From contig NC_043014.1 of the NCBI RefSeq assembly GCF_006345805.1, positions 39,184,001 through 39,248,000 on the forward strand: a stretch of 64,000 nucleotides of DNA. The letters run 5' to 3'. Source of the stretch: Octopus sinensis. Its lineage: Eukaryota. Position 1 is the stretch's first letter. Each line of letters opens with the position of its first letter. The translations under genes were made by a program, and so were the position numbers. Below, one piece after another: positions 23,464 through 36,119 of the stretch. A model generated the notes under the pieces. It saw nothing but the letters and a program-made list of their open reading frames with translations, searched no databases and was not told where the DNA came from.

Positions 23464-24885
23464 AATTACCTTGAGAAAGCATTATGTATAGACTTATAGT
23501 GCTAAAAACAGAAATATCAATAGCAGATGAAAAATGATCAATGCTTGTGGCAGAGCTGTCAGATCATGATTTCTGCACGTTTGCTTGTCATCAGCAGCAG
23601 GTATCCACTTTCACTGAATGCTGGTTAAATTTTTGCTTCTGCTGATATATAGAAAAGCAGTGACTAATTAGGGAAAGCTTGTCTGGAGAAGAAATGCCTG
23701 ACATCAAAAAAGTACAAAAGAAGATGGAAGATAGTAGCCCAAATGTTGGGTATGTAAGTTCCTGATTAAGCGGAGTAAAAAAAAATGGACAAAGTGAACA
23801 GTTCAACATAGGAATGTGGTTGGTGGGGTCAAACCCATTCCGTGTCCATTTTTTCATGTTCATCCGAAATTATAATATATTTATTTATATATGCAATATC
23901 ATTCGATAAGTCCTCGACCCCATTTGTCTCGTGTATTGTCCCCTCTTTGTGGTTTGAATAAAATCAAACTTGCGGTTATATATGTATATGTATATATATA
24001 TACATATATAACCCTTGTGGTTTGAATAAAATCATTGTTGCAAAGAGCTGATGGGCTGGGTAAAAATGAGTTATCAGCCTTAAGTTACTTGGTGCTAATA
24101 CTGCTTCTCTCAATAATAACTAATATATATGAATGTATGTTTGAGTGATTGTATCTCTTTGTCTTGACATCATATAATTGTTGTAAATAAATGTTGTCAT
24201 TTCCGATGTTCTACGAAAACAAGGTGGCAAGCTGGCAGAATCATTAGCACGCCGGGCGAAACACTTAGCGGTATTTCGTCTGCTGCTACGTTCTGAGTTC
24301 AAATTCCACCGAGGTCGACTTTGCCTTTCATCCTTTCGGGGGTTGATAAATTAAGTACCAGTTATGCACTGGGGTCGATGTAATCAACTTAATCTCTTTG
24401 TCTGTCTTTGTTTGTCCCCTCTGTGTTTAGCCCCTTGTGGGCAATAAAGAAATAAGAATCATTAGCACAGTCTTTATATTCTGAGTTCAAATTCCGCTGA
24501 GGCCAACTTTGCCTATCATACTTTCAGGATCGATAAAATAAGTACCAGTTGAGCACTGGAGTCAATATAATTGACTTCCCCCCACCCACACACCTCCCCT
24601 GAAATTGCTGGCCTTGTGCTGAAACCAATATTCTATGGAAACAAATGGACACGGGGGAAATATTTCCTTGCTTCAGTTTTTTGAATTTCTTTAATATGTA
24701 ACAGATTCTTCATCTATAAGAAATAGGTCATCGGCATATAGGAGTTTCCAGCTGGTTTTAAACTCCTGCGTTTATTAATGCATATATGTGCATATAAATG
24801 TACTGCATGGCTTTCTTAATTCATTTAAGTTGCATAAACACAACTCCTAATATGCTTCAATTGATAAATTTATTTTAAAAGCATA

Positions 24886-25326
24886 CAGGTTGGCCCAAAA
24901 GTAGGTTTACAGTTATCACGTAGGCACTTTAAATTTCTTTTAAAACATTTTGTTACATTTAAATTTCTGTCTTACAAACTGAAAAGGGAGCTTGACAAAA
25001 TTAACTAAATTAGCATAGAATAATGGTTTCATATTTTTTTTATAATTAAAATCTAAATTGTTAATACACGAATGCGAAAGAGGTAGTTGAATAACTGTAA
25101 ACGAGCTGGTAGAATCGTTAGCATGCTGGACGAAATGCTTAGCAGTATTTCGCCTGCGGTTACGTTCTGAGTTCAAATTCCGCCGAGGTCAACTTTGCCT
25201 TTCATCCTTTCGGGGTCGATTAAATAAGTACCAGTTACGCACTGGGGCCGATATAATCGACTTAATCTGTGTGTAGCCCCTTGTGGGTAGTAAAGAAATA
25301 GTAAACCTACTTTTGGGGCCACCCTG
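24886..25326. mobile_element. Tc1/mariner-type MITE containing a nested family-B SINE
   Basis: TA-flanked TIRs CAGGTTGGCCCAAAAGTAGGTTTAC and GTAAACCTACTTTTGGGGCCACCCTG. A SINE B copy at about 25103-25300 is flanked by GTAAAC repeats. Confidence 0.82.
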
Positions 25327-26469
25327 TACATTTGTTCAGCTTGACAAAGAGCATGAAGATGTAGAAAGAGTTGATGAAAAACAAGACTACTGCTACCATT
25401 TTACGTCAGAAGCGTTTGAAGTTTTAGTATGATTATTGCTTTACATAATTGTGTTGCTTATCCCATTGGTCTTTTTAGCCGGACTGCTTAGTTAGAGAGA
25501 CATAAACAAACCAACACTAGTTGTCAAGTGGTGGTAGGGAACAAACACAAAGACATACATATTATATGACTGGCTTCCACACAGTTTCCTTCTACCACAT
25601 TCATAAGGCATTGTTCAGCCTGGGGACCACAGTAGAAGATACTCAAAGTTCCACACTGTGGGACTGAACCTGAAACTGTGATTGCAAAGCAAGCTTCTTA
25701 ATCATTCAGCCATGCTGGAGCACTATCTTAAAAGGTTTTTTTTAGTTGAAGAAATCAACCCCAGGACTTATTCTTTGTAAGCCTAGTACTAATTCTATTG
25801 GTCTCTTTTGCCAAACTGCTAGGTTATGGGGATGTAAACATAGCAACATAAGTTGTCAAGCGATGGTGGGAGGACAATCATACACACAAAGGCACACATG
25901 CATAAATATATACATATATTATATATATATATACATACACATGACAGGCTTCTTTCAGTTTCTGCCTACCAAATCCACTCACAAGGCTTTGGTTGACCCA
26001 AGGCTATAGTAAAAAATACATTTGCCCAAGGTGCCATGCAGTGGGACTGAACCTGGAACCATGTTGTTGGGAAGCAAAATTCTTACCACACAGCTATATC
26101 TGTGCCTACGCCCATAATTTTTTTTCTTTTTCCTACCATGTTTTACTTTACGTTTCCTGCTGAAATATCAGCTCTGAGCATCACCCTCATCAGTAGTTTA
26201 TGTTTAGTGTTCCTTATATGGGTTGGAAATTTTTTTTTTTTTTTCCACCCCGGGTCACTGTTTTAAGACTGCATGCCCTTTTAGTTGGCTGTTATGATGT
26301 GCGGGGATGCAGTGTATCTATTCTAAAACAGATTCTCACAGTAAGCTGTGAGCTATACACTAAAGTTTATGGAACGTGAATGGCATGTAGTGTAAAAGAC
26401 TATTGGTCTGCTTTACTTCATTTACCCGGTTTAGAAATTATTTTTTATATAATCCATTCATTTCATTTT

Positions 26470-26542
<73 letters not shown>

Positions 26543-26546
<4 letters not shown>

Positions 26547-27141
26547 ATGATCACATGACCGACCAGACCATCAGATGTTACACATCGCTGGTCACAATGC
26601 GTTCGCATTGTTTTAGCCTTCGAATGACGCCACCCCGCTGGCTAAGCGAACTGGCCAACATAAGAAAGAGTGGTGAAAGAGTATAGCAGGGATCACCACC
26701 CCCTGCCGGAGCCTTGTGGAGCTTTTAGGTGTTTTCACTCAATAAACACACACAACGCCCGGTCTGGGAATCGAAACCGCGATCCTGCGACCGCGAGTCC
26801 GCTGCCCTAACCACTAGGCCATATATATATATATATGTGAAGGCGCAATGGCCCAGTGGTTAGGGTAGCAGACTTGTGGTCGTAGGATCACGGTTTCAAT
26901 TCCCAGAACAGGTGTTGTGCGTGTTTATTGAGCGAAAACACCTAAAGCTCCACGAGGCTCCGGCAGGGGTGGTGGTGATCCCTGTTGTACTCTTTCGCCA
27001 CAACTTTCTCTCACTCTTACTTCTGTTGGCCTGCTCGCTTAGCCAGCGGGGTGGCATTATTTGAAGGCTAAAACAATGCAAAGCGCATTGTGACCAGTGA
27101 TGTTTAGCAACATCTGATAGCCTAGTCGGTCACATGATCAT

Positions 27142-27146
<5 letters not shown>
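26543..27146. mobile_element. Head-to-head pair of family-A SINEs
   Basis: A minus copy (26543-26822) and a plus copy (26837-27146) are separated by short (AT)n and flanked by (TA)n arrays. Confidence 0.88.
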
Positions 27147-27195
<49 letters not shown>

Positions 27196-27339
27196 TTGAT
27201 AAACATTAGTGTTTACAAATGGAGAAAAAAGTACTCAACACATAGTTGTTTGAATAATTGAATACTCGGAAAAGAAGCTTCAGTTCCTAATATATATATA
27301 TATATACAGACAACTGTAGAAGTACTATGTTAGATGCAA

Positions 27340-28330
27340 GCCACTGTACCTTGCATTTGTTGCTATGGAGATCTTTGATAGGGTCACTTCCTCTGGCAGT
27401 TTCTGAATAAGCTAAGGGTAGATGAATGGCTTATGAAATCTGTACAAGCCATGTACAAAACGACAATCAGCAATGATTACAGTGGTGAATTTAGTGTGCA
27501 GGTAAGGTCCACCAGTGTTCAGTTCTCAGTCCCCATCTATTTATCATAATCCTCCCGGCCAAAAGAAAGATGGGAACTGTTATATATGGCTGACCTAATC
27601 CTTGTAGCTGAATCTGCAGTGACCTCAAGGTAAGCTTAGGGGGCCAGTCAGGCATTGCCAGTACCGCCTGACTGGCCCCCGTGCCAGTGGCACGTAAAAA
27701 GCACCCAGCTGTAGAAACTCTGCCAGATCAAGACTGGAGCCTGGTGCAGCCATCTGCCTCGCCAGCCCTCAGTCAAAATCGTCCAACCCATGCTAGCATG
27801 GAAAGTGGACGTTAAACGATGATGATCAGAGAAAAAGCCTCGTTTGATACACAGAAAAAGAATAGGTAGAAACCCCATATGTTCTATTCAGTGTAAACTA
27901 TGGATGCACAAATGGTGTAGTGGAATCACAAACAGGCCGATGGAGAAGGCAGGCACCGGCAGAAGCACCGGGGAAAATAAACACTAGAGCACACAGGAAA
28001 TAGATTCTCTCAAGTGTTTGGAAGGCTCGCAAGAAACAGTTGATAGCTTCTGTTATCTAAGTGGCCTAATTAGCAGTGAAGTTGGCTTCTATAAAAGTAT
28101 AGTAGCCAGAGTAAGAATGGGTTGGTGGACGGTCAGGGAGCTATTATCTTCGCTGGTAACAAAGGATTTCTTTTTGAAAGTAAAACACAGATTGTATTAT
28201 GCTTGTGTGTGAAAGGCAATGCTGTATGGTAGAAAGACATGGGTCTTAAATGCAGAGGACTTGTGAAGAGTGAAAAAAAACAAAAACTGATGCAAACGAG
28301 TTCCACTGGATGTGTTATATTAGTATTCAT
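27340..28330 (+). pseudogene. Degenerate RTE-clade LINE reverse-transcriptase remnant
   Basis: Broken frames read KLRVDEWLMKSVQAMYK and ETVDSFCYLSGLISS...IVARVRMGW...VKHRLYYACV, typical of the RTE ORF. It is interrupted by a family-E copy. Confidence 0.75.
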
Positions 28331-28689
28331 GAATAATAGAGTACAGATGAACTGAGAGAAATTTATCTTTATATTTTGATTTGTTGTATTTTCTGTGTAC
28401 AGTAGACACAGGCATGGTTGTATGGTTAAGAAGTTCACTTGCCAAATACATGGTTTCACATTCAATCCCATTGTATATTGATAAAGAATACTTCTTGTAT
28501 GACAATGAAGCTCATTTTCAATTATCGCATACAAATACACATGAGCACACACACACACACACACACATGCATGCATGCATGAGCACACATATAACAGATT
28601 TTGTTTACCAAATCCTTTCGCAAAACTTTGGTTGAGAAGCTAACTTCTTCACCACACAACTGTACCTATGATTCTTATATATATATATA

Positions 28690-28899
28690 TGTGACCATGT
28701 GTGTACCGTTGTCGATTTTTTTTCCTCTGTCTTCCCTTCTCTGGATCTTTCCTTCTCCTATGTTTCCGATGAAGAGCTCCGCTCGAAACGTTAAACCCTC
28801 CTTCTTCCTTTCCTTCCTGAGCATCCAATAATACTATATTTGTTCCACGTCCTCGCGTTGTTGTGTTTTCTCTTTGTGTTTTCATGTTTGGATTAACTT

Positions 28900-28900
<1 letters not shown>
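28690..28900 (+). mobile_element. Penelope-like terminal fragment between (TA)n arrays, with a hammerhead-like motif
   Basis: GTTT-CCGATGA-A-GAGC-TCC-GCTC-GAAAC-GTT-AAAC at 28762-28796. Confidence 0.6.
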
Positions 28901-28935
<35 letters not shown>

Positions 28936-29348
28936 TATATGTGTGTTTCCTGAGTATGATATTAATCTGCATCTAGGTATGAAGCTCCTTTTCAGGAGTT
29001 CTGGAGAGTATGAAGTCAATTATCATTATTCCCAGGTCCATTCTGACCCAGGATGGTAATACCTGACAGGGTTCTATCTATATCTATGAGTTAAATAGAT
29101 TACTCAATGGTAGGGAAGGCTCCCATAATTTTGACAAAGCTGTAGGGAAACTAACTGTTCTAGGAGAAAGAATACTCTGGCATAGAACTTGCAGTTTAAA
29201 TAGTACCAGTTGTCTTGCAGTGCTTGTCACTGGAACATACTATGGCGGCCAAGAGTGGCAAAAATGTTGTACAAGCTTTTGTCACTTAAATCAAGTGATG
29301 TACAAATGTCTCACTATCATTTCATTTCTTGTTCCATTTTATATTTAA

Positions 29349-29690
29349 CTAGCACTATGACCCGGTTACGCTGGGTCATAGTGCTAGTGCATGCATATAC
29401 AGCTGCGTGCATGCATATATACACGCGAGTACTGTCCAAACCTCCGACCAATCACATACAGCTAGCTGGCATTCAATTGGCGTATCAAGTTTCGGGCATT
29501 TTGATTGGGTTTTGGATAGAAAATTCACAAAAAGGTCACTTCTATTGATTTTTTAATGGCTTTGCGGGGTGACTGGGGAAATGTAAAGATGTGCGCGACC
29601 ACCCTTGGACGATTTTGAAAGACCATAGAAACTTGTGGATTTGTATAAAGGACACACACACGGACATTTTGCCGTTTATATATATAGAGA
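29349..29690 (-). mobile_element. Non-autonomous Helitron (second copy)
   Basis: Same 5'-TC start, 3' hairpin plus CTAG and A|T insertion site as 5238-5597, with a small internal deletion. Confidence 0.85.
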
Positions 29691-31514
29691 TAAAGTCCTT
29701 TGGTGATGAATGTGTGGTGTAAAATGTCATACCTGCTCACATATAAGGATGAAAGTAAATCAGAACAATCAAGCTGAATGTGAGATGGCTATCATCTGAC
29801 AAGATGAGGCAGTCATCCAGTATGTACATATTTGTGTGTGAGTATCTCAGTATGGATGCAGGCTAAGCTGTGTGGCTTAGAAGTTCATTTTATAAGAGCA
29901 TGGTTTCAGTAATGATATCTTTGCTTGGGTAAGTGCCTATAGCTTCAGAATAATCAATACCCTTGTCATTGAAATTTTATGCATGGAAACTGTACAGAAG
30001 CCTATCATCGTGTTTGTCTGTATAATGTGTGTGTGTGTGTTTTTGCATATCTTCAAGTTCCCATCACTTGGAGCAAAAATGACATGTTTGTGTCCTAAAT
30101 AAACAAAAAAGTCCAACTGGTTTCTTTTTTTTTATGTGAATAAAGTGTTAAGCAGAGAGCTTGATAAAATACAAAAAAAAAAAAACAGGTTTAAAACAAT
30201 ATTATAGTGGTTGTGGTTAAGAAGCTTGCTTGCCAACCACATGGTTTTGAGTTAGTCCCACTGTCTGGCACCTTGGGCAAGTGGCTTCTTCTATAGCTCT
30301 GGGCTAACTAGTGCTTTGTGAGTGAATTTGTTACACAGAAACTGGAAGACCATCGTGTATGTGTGTTTGTTCCCCACCATTTGACAACCAGTGTTGGCTT
30401 CTTTAAAATTTCCCTTTTGCTGGACTTAGCAGTTCAGCGAAAGAGACTGATAGAGTAAATTCCAGACTTAAAAAAATTAGTACTCCCATCAGTTTGTTTG
30501 ACTAAACCTTTCAAGACTGTGCCAGTCATGGACGCTGTCCAATGACTAAAACAGGTAAAAGATACAAATACAGCCTAAAATGAAGAATTGCTCAAAAATA
30601 AGGTCAAGCTACATTTATTGTAATAAGCGTATTCATATTCTCTTTCATCTCCAAATATGAGCATGTTTCTCATTGCCAAGTGTTTGTAAAGATTTATGAG
30701 CACATGTGGAATACTGGTGAGTCATAAGAAGATTTTTAATGTTTATATGCACACTTGCGTTAAAACTAAGCAATACATGGAAATAGTTGCAAGGTGGATA
30801 ACACGGATATGTTCATTTTGTGTGTAAAGTAATTCACTGGAATTAAGTCATTACCATTCAGTTACTCTGTTTAATGTATCATCATCATCATCTTCGTTTA
30901 GCGTCCGCTTTCCATGCTAGCATGGGTTGGACGGTTCAACTGGGGTCTGGGAAGCCAGATGGCTGCACCAGGCCCAGTCTGATCTGGCAATGTTTCTACG
31001 GCTGGATGCCCTTTCTAATGCCAACCACTCCCTGAGTGTAGTGGGTACTTTTTACGTGTCACCAGCACAGGTGCCAGACGAGGCTGACAAACGGCCACGA
31101 TCGGATGGTGCTTTTTATGTGCCACCGGCACGGAGGCCAGGCGAGGCTGACAAACGGCCACGATCGGATGGTGCTTTTTATGTGCCACCAGCACGGGGGC
31201 CAGGCGAGGCTGGCAACAGCCACGATCGGATGGTGCTTTTTATGTGCCACCGGCACGGAGGCCAATGCTTATTTATTCACATTGTTTTGAATTAACCATG
31301 CGTTATCTCATAGCTCCGAAATTTCAATGACGTGATTGTTTAATTTTAGAATGACATTGTAGAGTTGGTGTGAGAGGCAAGATATGGAAAGTTTGAACAT
31401 AAAACAGGTGCAATATTTGAGCAGATTATTATGCCCAGTTTCAATGCTAAAGGATTTAAAGAAAAGGGATTTGGTTTGCAAGATTCTTTATATGAGTTTG
31501 TGTGTTGAAGCATA

Positions 31515-31778
31515 TTCTGTTGTGTCTGGGGAGAGTAATTTTCTTTTTGTGCCTTATAATGTAACACACTCACCAGTAAAATCTCCACTTATTTCTTATT
31601 TTTATTTTCCTAAAATTTCTTTGTGTCTTGCAACCTTTTCAATAAGACTATTGAAAAGGTTGCAAGACGCAACGAAAATTTTAGGAAAATAAAAATAAGA
31701 AATAAGTGGGAATTTTATAGTGAGTGTGTTAGATTATAAGGCACAAAAAGAAAATTACTCTCCCCAGACACAACAGAA
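31515..31778. repeat. 264-bp near-perfect palindrome (fold-back element)
   Basis: Arms 31515-31644 and 31649-31778 are reverse complements with about ten differences. The loop is 4 nt (AGAC). Confidence 0.92.
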
Positions 31779-32945
31779 ACGGGATATACTGTCTAGAAAT
31801 GAGCCGTAGAAATTAATAGCTTCTTCAATACCTTGCAGTTGTAACATAAAGATTTTTCTTGTACAAAGTATTTTGCAGAAAGCTTGATAAAAATGGGGGG
31901 AAATGTTTAGAGCAATAATTTGATAATTATATAAGTAGCTAAAATAAAAAGAAACTTGGAAATATAATCTTAGTGTATTCATTGAAATATTTACATATGA
32001 ATTCATAATATTTTGGCACCTCATCATCAAAATAGCAGAAAATTCTAAGATAATTTTACTGTTTATATACACTCTGTTATGTGTGTGTACATATCATCAT
32101 TATAGTGTAACGTCCGCTTTCCATGCCAGCATGGGTTGGACGATTTGACTGAGGTCTGGCAAACCAGATGGCTGGCAGAGTTTCTACAGCTGGATGCCCT
32201 TCCTAATGCCAACCACTCCGAGAGTGTAGTGGGTGCTTTTACGTGCCACCGGCACGAGGGCCAGTCAGGCGGTACTGGCAACGGCCATGCTCAAGTGGTG
32301 CTTTTTATGTGCCACCTGCACAGGAGCCAGTCCAGCGGCACTTGTAACAACCTCGCTCGAATGTTTTTTCACATTCCACCAGCACAAGTGCTATATGTGT
32401 ATATCTATCTACTTACCTACCCCCCCCCCCACACACACACACACACACAGACATAACAGTACACAGCTCAGTGGTTAGTGTCGGGCTTACAGTCATGCAG
32501 TTGTGTTCTTGAGCAAGGTACTCAATTTCACATTGCTCAGCTGTAGAAATATGTTGTGACTTCAATGATGCCAAGCTGTATCAGCCTTTGCCCTTTCCCT
32601 TGAACGGCATCAATGGCATGAAGAAGGGAGACTGGTATGCATGGATGACCGCTGGTCTTTCACAAATAACCTTGTCTGGACTTGTGCCTTGGAGGGGAAC
32701 TTTCTTGGTGCAATCCCATGGTCATTCATGATCGGAGGTGGTTTTTACTCTTTATGTAGGCACAGGCATACATGTGAGGTAAGAGGTTTGTTACTCAATC
32801 ACATGGTTCCAGGTTCACTCCCACTGCATGGCACTTTGGGCATTTTCAACTATAGCCCTGGGCTATAGTAGACTGAATTTGGTTGACAGAAACTGAAAGA
32901 AGCCCATCATATATATATATATGTGTGTGTGTGTGATGATGATAA

Positions 32946-32996
<51 letters not shown>

Positions 32997-34784
32997 TATA
33001 TATATATATATATACATATATATATAGGCGGTGCCCCAGCATGGCCACAGCTCATGAGCTGAAACTAGATAAAATAAAATAAAAAATCTGTGCAGGTGGC
33101 ACGTAAAAAAATCACCCACTACACTCGCGGAGTGGTTGGCGTTAGGAAGGGCATCCAGCCGTAGAAACACTGCCAGATCTGACTGGGCCTGACGAAGCCT
33201 TCCAGCTTCACAGACCCTAGTTGACCCGTCCAACCCATGCTAGCATGGAAAGCGGACGCTAAACGATGATGATATATATATACTTTTAGGATTTATAGAT
33301 CCTAAAATTGCAGAACAATTCATTACTGGGCGGTTTAACTTAAAGGTAAAGCACTTGACGTGTAATCACAGGGATGTGAGTGCAAGTCTCATGGCTGGCT
33401 GGCCGGTAACGATTTTATTCTGCAATATATGGATAGTTTATCCTGTTCATGCTATTGTATTAGTATTATCATGTGTTTGAGAAAAAATTATTTCTGTATC
33501 TTTCAATACATCTCAATGCTTCTACAGCAAACTTTGTTTACTTTTATCATAAGTTGAATTTCTTTGATTAAAATTTATTTAGTAAAACCTTTTTTTATTA
33601 TATGAAAACTTTCCAGTGAAGTGTAATTATCTTATTTTTTTGTGTAAAATTCATGTTATGAAAACATAATTTTGTATCTTTATTTTCATACATATAGGGT
33701 ATATAATAGATATTTATCTCTTGTTTTATTGAAATGGTTGTGTGGTACAAAGTTTGCTTCCCAACCACATGGTTCCAGGTTCAGTCGCACTCTAAGACAC
33801 CTTGGGCAGGTGTCTTCTGCTATGGTCCTGGGCCAACCAAAGCCTTGTGAATGGATTTGGTATGTGGAAATTAAAAGAAGTCAAGCGGTGGTAGGACATA
33901 CACATATACACACATACAATGGTATGTGTGTATATGTGTGTGTCCCACCACTGCTTGACAACTATTTATGTCTCCATAACTTAGCTGTTCAGCATAAGGG
34001 GCTGATAAAATAAGTAACTTGGCTTTAAAAACAAAGAGTGAGTGTGGGGTCAATTCTGTTCAACTAAAACCCTTCAAGGTGGTGCCCCAGCATGGCCACA
34101 ACCCAATCACAGAATCAAGTAAAAAATAGGTGGCACGTAAAAAGCACCCACTACACTCTCGGGGTGGTTAGCGTTAGGAAGGGCATCCAGCTGTAGAAAC
34201 TCTGCCAGATCAAGACTGGAGCCTGGTGCAGCCATCTGGTTGCCAGCCCTCAGTCAAAATCGTCCAACCCATGCTAGCATGGAAAACGGACGTTAAATGA
34301 TGATGATGATATATATATATATATATATATATATAAATTTAGTACATATTTTTCTTTTACACACACACACACACACACTCACATACAAACAGTTTGACCT
34401 GCTACACAAATATAAGTGTGTGTGTGTGTATTTACATATGCATGTGTCTTTATGTAAATCTGTGTGCGTGTGTATTTGTTCTTTGCATACATACTTATAT
34501 GCTGCTAGGCATCAGTTAAAAGAATCAGACATCAAATTTAATATTCAGTCCACATAGCATTCTATTCTTAACTCTGCTTTTGTATTGCAAACATGTGATT
34601 TTTAGTTTTGATTTTCATTTGGAATCAGTCTTTTGAAATAAATAAATCTCTTTAATAATGAATGCATAGATTTTTGTATCTTCTTGTCTGCTGTTTTCCA
34701 CTTTTGTGTCCCTTTCTTAAGTTTCCGTGGGATTTGGCTACAAATGTTTTGATGTTAGTTGTATGAGACTACCTCTCTGCTATT

Positions 34785-34853
<69 letters not shown>

Positions 34854-35231
34854 CCCCCCCTTGCATGTATACACAACTGCCTAAAAATAAGCGAGACTTG
34901 CACATGGCTGTTTGGCCTGCTCAGAATAGCCAAATTTTTAAAATCTTACCCTCTGGGCTCAACAAAAGACGGATACATTAGATCATGTTTTTCACTCTAC
35001 ACTACTTTTTTTTCGATGGTGTGGTCATTTTGGGAATGCTCTTTGATCATAATTTTGCTCATTCAGAACTGAGCCGGGGCTGAAAAAACAGCACAGTCTT
35101 GTACAATTCACAGTTATTCACGTGCATGCACGTGCATACACGTGAGTAATACGCATATGCTCAAATGTTGTTCGTGCAAACCACGTTCTCCCTCTCCCTC
35201 CATTTTACAAATATATAATATATATATATAG

Positions 35232-35270
<39 letters not shown>

Positions 35271-35342
35271 CCTACATTCATGAGGAAGAAGGAGATTTAT
35301 GAGACTCTTCATAGCATCAACACATACACACATGTACACATG

Positions 35343-35380
<38 letters not shown>

Positions 35381-35877
35381 TACATATACACACTTTATCA
35401 TCTTTGTCAGGAAAGCAAACCACACACACACATACGCACGTTTATTTCTTGTCATACGTGCACCCAATTACAAAAAGGGAAAGCAGGGGGGGAAAAAAAA
35501 ATCAATAACATTGAACAAAGGATCTTTCACACATGCAGTGTGACATATTCAAACTTGGCTTGTTTCTTATTTTACATTCCCAGTTTTGTTGTTCTAGCTT
35601 TTGTTTTTCTTACCGTTGTAAAAATTCATTTATTTATTATTTTAGTATAGAGATTATGGAGATTGTTGTTTCAGACATAAATATGTGTGCATGCATATGT
35701 ATGTGTGTGTATGTATATATATGTATAATTTTCACTATTGCTACAGTTTATGGTTGTGTAAGGGACACAGTCTGGGAACCCCAGTAAAAAGGTCATGAGC
35801 ACTGCCTTTTGTCCTAAACTATATGTACATATATGAGTGTGTGGTGTGTGTGTGTGTGTGTATACATATATATATAT

Positions 35878-35908
<31 letters not shown>

Positions 35909-36043
35909 GTCGACTTTGCCTTTCATCCTTTCGGGGTCGATAAATTTAGTACCAGTTACGCACTGGGTTTGATATAATCGACTTAATCCATTTGTCTGTC
36001 CTTGTTTGTCCCCTCTATGTTTAGCACCTTGTGGGTAGTAAAG

Positions 36044-36119
<76 letters not shown>

